13,783 nucleotides of DNA, taken from contig JBMFMV010000052.1 of the NCBI GenBank assembly GCA_049970495.1, positions 664 through 14,446 of the forward strand. Reading direction: 5' to 3'. Below the pieces are notes generated by a model. It saw nothing but the letters and a program-made list of their open reading frames with translations. It ran no database searches and was not told the origin of the DNA. A program made the translations under genes and the position numbers. This document shows, in pieces, positions 1-7,913 of the stretch (its first letter is position 1; each line of letters begins with the position of its first letter). Origin of the DNA: a bacterium (GTDB taxonomy: Bacteria > DUMJ01).

Positions 1-90
1 CGTGTTTATTGGATTTTCATTTTCTAAAACAGGACGTATTACAGGTAAATTGTTTTCTATCGCAGTTTCTAAATATTTTCTTCCAAACAT
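1..90 (-). CDS. Possible 5' end of an unknown ORF running off the left edge (MFGRKYLETAIENNLPVIRPVLENENPINT...)
   Basis: Frame is open from the TAA near 127-129 to the window edge. ATG at 90 (alternative TTG at 112). No clear SD and no recognised motif. Confidence 0.3.
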   Translation of the reverse strand, partial: MFGRKYLETAIENNLPVIRPVLENENPINT

Positions 91-121
91 TATCTTTTCA
101 ATTTTAAGCAACTCTATATCT

Positions 122-229
122 TCATCTTAAAGCCTTACCGATATAAATTCCATTACAGATAAGCTTATCTAGATAACCTCTAATACTAGATAACTTACCT
201 TGCCTTTTAGCATCAAGTAGAATACCTAT
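122..229 (-). pseudogene. C-terminal remnant of a DUF3368-like (PIN-associated) protein
   Basis: Manual translation IGILLDAKRQGKLSSIRGYLDKLICNGIYIGKALR* resembles the remembered DUF3368 consensus (GTLGILLxAKxxGxIxxVxxxLDxLxxxGFYI). It is bounded upstream by an in-frame TAG, with no start codon and no N-terminal domain. Confidence 0.55.
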
Positions 230-858
230 CTATACCCATTATCTTTCAAAGACTCAAAGTTTACTATCTCTAATATGTCTCCCTTTACTACCATCGCATA
301 GATACCTTTCTCTGTAAGCAATTCTACTGTGCTTTCTTCCATACTTAACCCTGCGTATATGGGTACTACTTTGGAATTGTTTATCTCTGGCATAAATTCA
401 GGTAACATCTTTAGCTTCTCTATGAACTCATCTATGTAATTCTTTCTATCTGGAGAACTCTTCACTTCTACTATAAAGACTTCTTTTTCTGTATATGCCA
501 ATATATCTATCTCTAGATTCTTACCATCCTTTCTAAACTTAACTGTATGGGCTAGTAATCTAGGTGTAACATTAAAGTACTTCTTTAATACTATCTCAAA
601 GGATGGAAAGAAGATATCCTCTACTAATGTACCCATCTTATTGGCTAAGTCTCCCCAACGTTTATTCATCTCATCCTTAAATACCCGCATCTCGTCTTTA
701 AACGCTCGCATCTCGTCTTTAAATTCCCTCATCTCTTTTTTAAACTCAAGCATCTCGCTAGAAAGACGAGCTACTTCTCGCTGAGTTATCTTGGATTGCT
801 CAGCTAACTCTATCATTACCTGTTCAAGTCTATCTACCCTCTGTGCTACCGTCTCCAT
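226..858 (-). CDS. Coiled-coil + PD-(D/E)XK nuclease-fold protein (DUF3782-like), paralog 1
   Basis: N-terminal heptad repeats (EFKDEMR), then GTLVED, EIDIL and IVEVKS motifs. SD GGAGG at 866-870. Paralog at 5538..6161. Confidence 0.75.
   Translation of the reverse strand: METVAQRVDRLEQVMIELAEQSKITQREVARLSSEMLEFKKEMREFKDEMRAFKDEMRVFKDEMNKRWGDLANKMGTLVEDIFFPSFEIVLKKYFNVTPRLLAHTVKFRKDGKNLEIDILAYTEKEVFIVEVKSSPDRKNYIDEFIEKLKMLPEFMPEINNSKVVPIYAGLSMEESTVELLTEKGIYAMVVKGDILEIVNFESLKDNGYR
667..756. repeat. Intragenic 21-bp tandem repeat, ~4.3 imperfect units, encoding xFKDEMR heptads
   Basis: catctc recurs at 667, 688, 709, 730 and 751. Confidence 0.9.
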
Positions 859-868
859 ATAAAATCCT

Positions 869-911
869 CCAGTATAATATCTCTAGGAGTATTTTACCAT
901 AAAACTACTGG
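869..911 (-). promoter_or_regulatory. Shared 43-bp promoter/leader element, copy 1 (extended -10 TGGTAAAAT at 891-899)
   Basis: 39/43 identical to 6994-7036. It abuts the SD of the 226..858 gene. Confidence 0.75.
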
Positions 912-954
912 TCTGTAATCACTTTCCAATGTTATCCAATTTACTCCTTAATAG

Positions 955-1551
955 CTACATTATACACTTCTCCTTTACTGGAATAATCTTTTTACCATCT
1001 AATCTATACTCATTTTTACAGTACTTACAAACCGCGTAGTTATCTTCAAATTCTAATGTCGTACCGCACTTACACACCCAACCAATCTGTCTTGCTGGGA
1101 CTCCTACTACAAGTGCATAAGGAGGAACATCTCTTGTTACCACTGCACCTGCTCCTATAAGGGCATATTCACCTATAGTTACTCCACAAACAATAGTGGC
1201 ATTTGCCCCTATTGTTGCTCCTCTTTTAACTAATGTCTTTCTAAATTCATGTTTTCTTTCTATAAATGCCCTTGGATTTATTACATTAGTGAATACCATA
1301 CTTGGCCCGCAGAAAACATCATCCTCTAGTTCTACCCCTTCATATACACTTACATTATTCTGAATCTTTACATTGTTACCTATCTTTACATTTGGTCCAA
1401 CCATTACATTCTGTCCTAATATGCAGTTCTTCCCAATTTTAACGTTCTTAAGTATATGACAGAAATGCCAAATTTTAGTACCTTCGCCTATCTCTACCGG
1501 TTCATCTATATAGGAACTCTCGTGGACAAAATAGTTCTTTTCTCCTATCAC
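955..1551 (-). CDS. wbpD: Hexapeptide-repeat N-acetyltransferase, WbpD/WlbB-like (UDP-2-acetamido-3-amino-2,3-dideoxy-glucuronate N-acetyltransferase family)
   Basis: [40 protein letters not shown] and [10 protein letters not shown] motifs, plus a C-terminal CKCG...CKYC. ATGA overlap with the upstream dehydrogenase. Confidence 0.85.
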   Translation of the reverse strand: MIGEKNYFVHESSYIDEPVEIGEGTKIWHFCHILKNVKIGKNCILGQNVMVGPNVKIGNNVKIQNNVSVYEGVELEDDVFCGPSMVFTNVINPRAFIERKHEFRKTLVKRGATIGANATIVCGVTIGEYALIGAGAVVTRDVPPYALVVGVPARQIGWVCKCGTTLEFEDNYAVCKYCKNEYRLDGKKIIPVKEKCIM

Positions 1552-2827
1552 AATCTCTTCACCCTTTCGTCTATCTTTATCCCTCTTTTCCTTAATGCAT
1601 TTCTAGTATCTACTATTAGCTGTGCATTCTCATAGAGAAGATTATAATCTATATTATCATGGTCAGTAACTATGAGGATACAATCAAAATCTTTGATCTT
1701 TTCCTTCGTTAAATCTATACTTGTATAAAGTCTATTATCTATTTTTATCTCCCTTATGTATGGGTCATGGTATTCTACTAGAGATCCAAGTTTTTCTAGC
1801 TCCGGGATAATCTTTAATGCGGGAGATTCCCTTGGGTCTGCAACATTTGGCTTGTATGCTACTCCTATCACTAAAACCCTTGAACCATTGAGGGCTTTCT
1901 TTTGAGTATTTAGTGCTTTTATTACCATATCTACTATGTAATATGGCATAGAGTCGTTTATCTCACCAGCTAGCTCTATAAACCTTACATCAAAGTCATA
2001 CTCTTTTGCCTTCCAAGAGAGATAGAATGGATCTATTGGGATACAATGCCCACCTAAGCCTGGTCCTGGATAGAAAGGCATAAATCCATAAGGCTTTGTA
2101 GATGCGGCAGATATTACTTCCCATATATCGATATCCATCCTCTGACAGAGAAGTGCTAATTCATTTATAAATGATATATTTACGAGCCTAAATATATTCT
2201 CTAATAATTTCTCCATCTCCGCTACTTTTGGCGAGGAGACAGGATAGACTCTATCAGTTATATAAGAGTAGAGTTTACCTGCTAACTCTGTTGATTCTTT
2301 ATTGATGCCTCCTACTACCTTTGGGATATCTTTCATAGTAAAATTTTTATTACCTGGATCTACTCTCTCCGGAGAAAAAGCTAGGTAGAAGTCTTTACCT
2401 GCTTTAAGCCCGCTCTTTTCTAGAATAGGAAGAACAACCTCTTCAGTGGTTCCAGGATAAGTAGTGCTTTCAAGAATGACTAAGTGGCCCTTCTTTAAAA
2501 ACTTAGCTATCTCATTAGTGACATTTACTATATAAGAGATATCTGGTTCTTTATGTATAGTTAATGGGGTAGGAACACATATAATAATGGCATCTGAATC
2601 CTTGATCGGATAAAATTCCGTATAAGCCTTAAGCTTACTGGAAGATACAACCTCAGATAATTCTTTACTATCGACATCTTCTATATAAGACTCTCCCCTA
2701 TTTACCCTTTCAACCTTAATTGGATTTTGTTCTATACCAAAGACAGTTAAGCCTGATTTGGCAAACTCTAAAGCCAGAGGTAACCCTACATAACCTAAAC
2801 CACTATAGAAATCCTTTCTATACCCAT
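1548..2827 (-). pseudogene. UDP-N-acetylhexosamine 6-dehydrogenase (WbpA/WecC-like), ~426 aa if repaired; one base missing near 2799-2803
   Basis: SD AAGGAG then ATG at 2827 gives MGIERISIVV*. The frame from 2801 is open: GLGYVGLPLA...CVPTP...ESTTYPGTT...FSPERVDPG...GGHCIPIDP. The ORF track (start 2336) misses the NAD-binding domain. May be an intact gene with a sequencing error. Confidence 0.85.
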
Positions 2828-2852
2828 ATTATCTCTCCTTTCCCATTACCTA

Positions 2853-5330
2853 TCACTTCTCACCGGGCACCTCTATACACCCCGACCCTTTAACAGGTAT
2901 TGCCTTTTCCACAAGGGGTTCTAACTTAAATGGTTCATAATAGTGCTTTATAAGGGTTTCCTTTAGTAGCTCTATACTCTCACTCTTACATAGAACCATT
3001 ATACATCCACCCAAACCAGCTCCTGCTATTTGTGCACCTAAAACACCTGGAACAGAATTTGCCAAATCTACTAACATATCAATATTGTACGTACTGCAGC
3101 CATAGTCTCCACTTTGATACATTATAGAAAACCTCTTATTATTTGTCCTTTTTAAGCCTTCTATAAGGCTATTTAGATAATTAATTGCTACGTCGTTTAT
3201 ATGGAGTACTCTCTCCCCATACTCGTTGAGCCTTGTTACTCTATCTCCATTATGCGATATATTCATAAGTTCTCCTAATGTCTCCATATCACTTTTATTG
3301 AGTAGTTCTAAGCAGGCTTTACTTCTGGCACATTCTGAGATGCCAAATAGACATACACCTCTTATTGGGTAACCCTCAAATGGAGCTGAATGGGTAGAGA
3401 ATATACGGTTTAAATTCTCCCTTTCTGAATCTCCAAATAACAGATACAACTCCTCCCGAGTAATCCTTTCTGGCAGGAATTTCAACATCTCGTATATCTT
3501 ATACTCTGGAATATTTAGGACTTCTGAATTTATATCTCGTAGATATCTTATTTTCGATGAAACCTCTGGGAATGTTCTTTTTAGTATCATAGTACCTAGC
3601 TCATAGCAGGCAATTTTCTGATTAAATACATTTCTGGCATTTTCCGCCTTTTTTGCTTGCTCCTGAGAATAACAGAAGACTATACTGTAGCCTCTTGGTA
3701 GAGGAGCACTGCCCACAAATTCAAATTCGAAAAATCTTATTTGACTAATATTTCCCTTTATACCAAATTTTATTGCAGCATGGTCACCAGAGCCCCCTCT
3801 AGTTCCAACATACCATTCTCCCTCACCACATAATTTAACAAACTCTTCTGGAGATATGTTAAGCTGGTTTGATAAGACAAGTGCTTCTGCAGAGGCTACA
3901 ACCATACTTGAAGATGAGCTTAACCCTGAACCTATGGGTATATCTCCTAAGACTACTGCATTCATTCCTAATATCTTTTTATCTCTAAATCGTTCCTGAA
4001 GTTTTAATGCAGATGCCTTCACATAGTTTGCCCAGTCCCCAAGACTTTTATTAAGCTCTTCTCTAAACTTCTCACTATTTATAGCCCTATTCCAACTGGA
4101 CCAATCTAATTTGGACATCTCTTCAGAGATAGAAAATTCTCTCGGAGGAAATTTTTCTTCTTGGACATTATAAAGTCTAATTATATCGTCCTCTCTTGGT
4201 TCAGCTACCATAATAATCTCTTTGTCTATCGCAATAATATTTACCGAGCCACCCCTGTGATCTATATGACGCCCCATAATGTTTAATCTTCCAGGAGACC
4301 TTATAATAGACACATACCTTTCAACTCCAAATTTCTCGGCAAATCCCTCCAGGACTCGGAGGTATTTTTTTACTTTATCTTCTATCACTGAAGGATCATC
4401 TCTATATATATCCTTAAGGAGTCTTATTAAGTTTGAGTCTCTACTATTAAATAACTTTATCCAGTCAAAAACTTTTTTATAATTACTAGGATTTCTCAGG
4501 TTTCCATTCAGCTCTTTTAATTTTATATTATGAAAATACATTTCTATCTCTAGGAGTTCTCTGGGAGTATTAAAACTTAAAATCTTGTTTTTGTCATCTA
4601 CTATGAAAGACTCAATCCTAGCTCTAGATTTAGCTAATATCCCAACTATATCCGTTATATAGTCCTCTCTCTGTGCATTATCTCTCCCTAGATGTTTTAT
4701 TGCTTCATACAATAAGGGTGCCTTTATAAAATAAAGTGATTGATTAGTCTCACAAGACTTCTCTACTAGACTCAAAAGTCTTTTATCATTCTTTCTCCTT
4801 AAGAGTTCTATATCTTTAGCTTCTACTATACCAATTATCTTCTCAAACTCATCCCTTATAACCTTTCCAAAGTCACCCGTGTGTGAAATACTTGTTGCAA
4901 ATAGGAGGTCATAGTCTTTAGATTCAAAGAACTCTCTCATTTCTACCAGAAGATTTCCATCTACTATTTTATCTCCCGCCGAGATAAATACAGTTCTGCT
5001 AAATCCTACAGATTCTAGATATTTACAGGCACATCTTACCGCGTCTCCGGTCCCTAAAGGGACTTCCTGTAAAACAAAATTTATATCGTTAAACATGTCT
5101 TCCACTGTCGATATAACATCCTCATATCTATACCCAACCACCACAATAATATCTTTAAACCCACAATTCTTATAGGTTTCTATGGCCCGATTTATAACTG
5201 GAATACCGCCAACTGGATAACAAACCTTATTTTTATCTGGGTCTTTCATCCTAGTTCCCTTGCCACCAGCTAATATTATTGCTACTCTTTGGCTATTTGC
5301 TATATCGGTTTTTATAATTGGAAAATCCAA
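2853..5330 (-). CDS. Bifunctional GlmU-like sugar-1-phosphate nucleotidyltransferase / galactokinase-family (GHMP) sugar kinase
   Basis: N-terminal LAGGKGTRM..K, QEVPLGTGDAV and NAQREDYITD. C-terminal SPGRLNIMGRHIDH, PIGSGLSSSS and GAGLGGC. TTG start with SD AGGAGGT at 5339-5345. Confidence 0.85.
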   Translation of the reverse strand: MDFPIIKTDIANSQRVAIILAGGKGTRMKDPDKNKVCYPVGGIPVINRAIETYKNCGFKDIIVVVGYRYEDVISTVEDMFNDINFVLQEVPLGTGDAVRCACKYLESVGFSRTVFISAGDKIVDGNLLVEMREFFESKDYDLLFATSISHTGDFGKVIRDEFEKIIGIVEAKDIELLRRKNDKRLLSLVEKSCETNQSLYFIKAPLLYEAIKHLGRDNAQREDYITDIVGILAKSRARIESFIVDDKNKILSFNTPRELLEIEMYFHNIKLKELNGNLRNPSNYKKVFDWIKLFNSRDSNLIRLLKDIYRDDPSVIEDKVKKYLRVLEGFAEKFGVERYVSIIRSPGRLNIMGRHIDHRGGSVNIIAIDKEIIMVAEPREDDIIRLYNVQEEKFPPREFSISEEMSKLDWSSWNRAINSEKFREELNKSLGDWANYVKASALKLQERFRDKKILGMNAVVLGDIPIGSGLSSSSSMVVASAEALVLSNQLNISPEEFVKLCGEGEWYVGTRGGSGDHAAIKFGIKGNISQIRFFEFEFVGSAPLPRGYSIVFCYSQEQAKKAENARNVFNQKIACYELGTMILKRTFPEVSSKIRYLRDINSEVLNIPEYKIYEMLKFLPERITREELYLLFGDSERENLNRIFSTHSAPFEGYPIRGVCLFGISECARSKACLELLNKSDMETLGELMNISHNGDRVTRLNEYGERVLHINDVAINYLNSLIEGLKRTNNKRFSIMYQSGDYGCSTYNIDMLVDLANSVPGVLGAQIAGAGLGGCIMVLCKSESIELLKETLIKHYYEPFKLEPLVEKAIPVKGSGCIEVPGEK

Positions 5331-5461
5331 ATTATACCACCTCCTCTAACAGTTTACAAATCTTAGATGTAGAGTATTCTTTAAAGTCTATTTTTAAATT
5401 TTTTAATCCTAAATCGGAGTCTTCAAGAATCTCAAAGACCTTCTACTATGTTAAGTACTCA

Positions 5462-5467
5462 ATTATA
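5462..5467 (-). promoter_or_regulatory. Candidate -10 box (TATAAT) for the sugar-nucleotide operon
   Basis: Perfect TATAAT on the minus strand in the intergenic gap. No well-spaced -35. Confidence 0.35.
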
Positions 5468-5537
5468 CCCCTTTCCATCATTGCAAGCTAAGCAATCTTG
5501 TATTTTATCCCATGCAAAAGTTTAAAAAACCTCTTTC

Positions 5538-6161
5538 TTAACTCTTCAAGTCTTCAAAGTTTACTATCTCTAATATGTCTCCTTTTACTACCATTGCATA
5601 GATGTTATTCTTTGTTAGATATTCTATCGTCTTATCTGACATTGTTAACCCTGCATATATGGGAATTACTTTATAATCCTTTATCTCTGGCATAAAATCA
5701 GGTAATATCTTTAGCTTCTCTATAAAGTCATCTACATATCCTACCCTATCTGGTGAGCTCTTTACTTCTACTATGAATACTTCTTTCTCTGTAAATCCAA
5801 CTATGTCTAGTTCTATCTCCCTATCCTTGTCCCTTAGCTTCATCCTAGAGCTAATCCTTTTAGGAATAACATTAAAGTACCTCTTTAACATTATCTCAAA
5901 TGATGGAAAGAAGATATCTTCTACTAATGTACCCATCTTATTGGCTAAGTCTCCCCAACGTTTATTCATTTCTCTTCTTTCTTCTTCCCATCGTTTACTC
6001 ATCTCTTCCCATTGTTTACTCATCTCTCCCCATTGTTTACTCAATCTTGTAACCTCACTTTCTAATCTCTTTAAAGCCATATCTGTGTGGACTATAAATT
6101 GACCCAATACACTCTCTAACCTATCTACCCTTTCCTCAACTACTGTCAATCTTTCTTCCAC
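5538..6161 (-). CDS. Coiled-coil + PD-(D/E)XK nuclease-fold protein (DUF3782-like), paralog 2
   Basis: GTG start, SD GGGGTG at 6169-6174. Heptads SKQWEEM, ELDIV...IVEVKS. About 100/140 aa identical to paralog 1 over the core (manual count). Confidence 0.75.
   Translation of the reverse strand: MEERLTVVEERVDRLESVLGQFIVHTDMALKRLESEVTRLSKQWGEMSKQWEEMSKRWEEERREMNKRWGDLANKMGTLVEDIFFPSFEIMLKRYFNVIPKRISSRMKLRDKDREIELDIVGFTEKEVFIVEVKSSPDRVGYVDDFIEKLKILPDFMPEIKDYKVIPIYAGLTMSDKTIEYLTKNNIYAMVVKGDILEIVNFEDLKS
5987..6043. repeat. Intragenic 21-bp tandem repeat, ~2.7 units, encoding SKQWxEM heptads
   Basis: cccat(c/t)gtttactca at 5987, 6008 and 6029. Confidence 0.9.
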
Positions 6162-6217
6162 TAATTATCACCCCGCTAAACTAGATATTACTGTAGATTA
6201 TATCTCTCTAAGAAATT

Positions 6218-6254
6218 CCAGTATTATATCCCCAGGTCTATTCTACCATAAAAC
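6218..6254 (-). promoter_or_regulatory. Shared promoter/leader element, copy 2 (extended -10 TGGTAGAAT)
   Basis: 32/37 identical to 6994-7030 and 31/37 to 869-905. Confidence 0.7.
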
Positions 6255-6330
6255 CAAGCCTGATTAAAAAGGGACTAGCTTTATAAACCGAGGTCTTACA
6301 CCAACTATAGAGACTATTTGAATAATCTTA

Positions 6331-6697
6331 TTATTTTCCACTATTTGTTTTCTCAAAGGTTAGGACTTTTAGAATCTTATCCTTAAAAATAGGGATATCA
6401 TTGTTTATAGTATCCCAGATCGCTTCTAAATCAATCCCAAAATATTCATGAATTAAAACATTCCTAAATCCTGATGCTTCCTTCCATTCTATACCTGGAT
6501 ATTTCATCTGTATCTCTATAGGAATACTCTTAACAGCTTCTCCTATAATTTCAAAATTTCTAATAACCGCATCTATAAGCATCTCATTTTTACAGAAGTT
6601 CTCAAATGTGACCCCTTTTGTGTATCTTTCTATTTTTCCTATAGCATTAAAATATCTTCTAAGAAAATATAGGATCTCTTTTCTTCTCTTTAAACAT
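6331..6697 (-). pseudogene. hepT: HepT/DUF86 HEPN ribonuclease toxin, ~122 aa if repaired; two single-base deletions near the 5' end
   Basis: DAVIRNFEIIGEA and RNVLIHEY (RX4HXY) motifs. ATG at 6697 overlaps the MNT stop. MFKEKKRDPI, FLEDI and NAIGKIERYTKG lie in three different frames. Confidence 0.8.
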
Positions 6698-6983
6698 ATT
6701 CTACTTCTTTTAAAATATTTTCCCTTAATCTTAACTTTATAGCTTCTTTTATTACCAAGTCTACCTGTAGCCCTAAAAGGTCTTCGAGATAATATTTAAG
6801 TCTCATATAGTTAAAAAAATTTTTATGCCCTTTTTCAAATACTATAAGAATATCTACATCACTTGATGAGGTCTGTTCACTTCTTACAAAAGACCCAAAA
6901 ATTCCAATTTCAACCACATGGAATTCTTTTTTTAAATAGTCTTTCTTTTCCTCTAATCTTTTTCTTATCTCCTTTATATCCAT
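6690..6983 (-). CDS. mntA: Minimal nucleotidyltransferase (MNT) antitoxin
   Basis: 97 aa with GIFGSFVRSEQTSSSDVDIL (GSX10DXD) and VDLV, directly upstream of a HEPN gene. Confidence 0.9.
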   Translation of the reverse strand: MDIKEIRKRLEEKKDYLKKEFHVVEIGIFGSFVRSEQTSSSDVDILIVFEKGHKNFFNYMRLKYYLEDLLGLQVDLVIKEAIKLRLRENILKEVEYV

Positions 6984-6993
6984 AATTCTAACC

Positions 6994-7036
6994 CCAATAT
7001 AATATCACTAGGTCTATTTTACCATAAAACTACTGG
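6994..7036 (-). promoter_or_regulatory. Shared 43-bp promoter/leader element, copy 3 (extended -10 TGGTAAAAT at 7016-7024)
   Basis: 39/43 identical to 869-911. It abuts the GGGGT SD of the MNT gene. Confidence 0.75.
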
Positions 7037-7119
7037 GCTTTCTTAAGAAGATTGGTAACACAGGCTAGAAGTCTTTGTCCAACAACTTGAATTATGAAAT
7101 AAATTTATAAACATAATTA

Positions 7120-7460
<341 letters not shown>

Positions 7461-7467
7461 TATAATT

Positions 7468-7497
7468 ATTATACCGCTCTTTTTCTTAAAGCCACAA
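7468..7497 (-). promoter_or_regulatory. Likely rnpB promoter
   Basis: TATAAT at 7468-7473, 7 nt before the rnpB 5' end and overlapping the stop codon of the upstream gene. TTGTGG at 7492-7497 (18-bp spacer). Confidence 0.6.
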
Positions 7498-7888
7498 ATA
7501 AAAGTATAATAGCTCCACCTAGTTCAGTTAAAGCCACAATTGCTTCTAACGGTGTAAGTCCTATTCTTGCTATAGCTAACGGAACATTATGGAATGTAAA
7601 TAGGCACAAAAGCTCGATTCCTGTTACAAAAAGAAATCTTTGAACCAGATCTCCTTTTTTAACCCCTGCTCTGTAATAAGCCTCTATGTAGATTACTATA
7701 GCCAGCCATAGGATAGCTATACCTACAAATAGGAACTTATCTAGAGCATTTCCAATCCATCTGTCTCTAATAATAAATGCCATTACTTTTAGATAAAACT
7801 CTCTCCCTGCTAAAAACAGCAAAAATGTTGTAGCGGTACTTATTATCCAAAATATATAACACAGTATATAAGACATTATCCTTTTCAT
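7469..7888 (-). CDS. Hypothetical integral membrane protein (~4 TM helices)
   Basis: 139 aa with four hydrophobic stretches. It fills the truA-rnpB gap. Confidence 0.75.
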   Translation of the reverse strand: MKRIMSYILCYIFWIISTATTFLLFLAGREFYLKVMAFIIRDRWIGNALDKFLFVGIAILWLAIVIYIEAYYRAGVKKGDLVQRFLFVTGIELLCLFTFHNVPLAIARIGLTPLEAIVALTELGGAIILLFVALRKRAV

Positions 7889-7895
7889 GTTTTTT

Positions 7896-7904
7896 ATTTT
7901 ACCA
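7896..7904 (-). promoter_or_regulatory. Extended -10 (TGGTAAAAT) immediately upstream of the ATG; probable leaderless promoter
   Basis: 7 nt (AAAAAAC) separate the -10 from the ATG at 7888. No SD. Confidence 0.6.
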
Positions 7905-7913
7905 CAAATCTGG

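Noticed and set aside
561..5969. Paralog near-identity as a DGR template/variable repeat pair
   Set aside because: Mismatches are not confined to adenines of one copy, both copies are coding, and there is no reverse transcriptase in the window.
667..6043. 21-bp repeats or the 43-bp element as a CRISPR array
   Set aside because: The 21-mers are in-frame tandem repeats without spacers. The 43-mers are dispersed kilobases apart. There are no cas genes.
869..7036. Shared element as an integron attC site or IS end
   Set aside because: It lacks the RYYYAAC...GTTRRRY ends and a long palindrome. No integrase, transposase or target-site duplication is visible.
7469..7888. Membrane protein as the ECF S-component
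   Set aside because: 139 aa with ~4 TM is short for a 6-TM S-component. Shared ecfAAT modules after rplQ normally use S genes located elsewhere.
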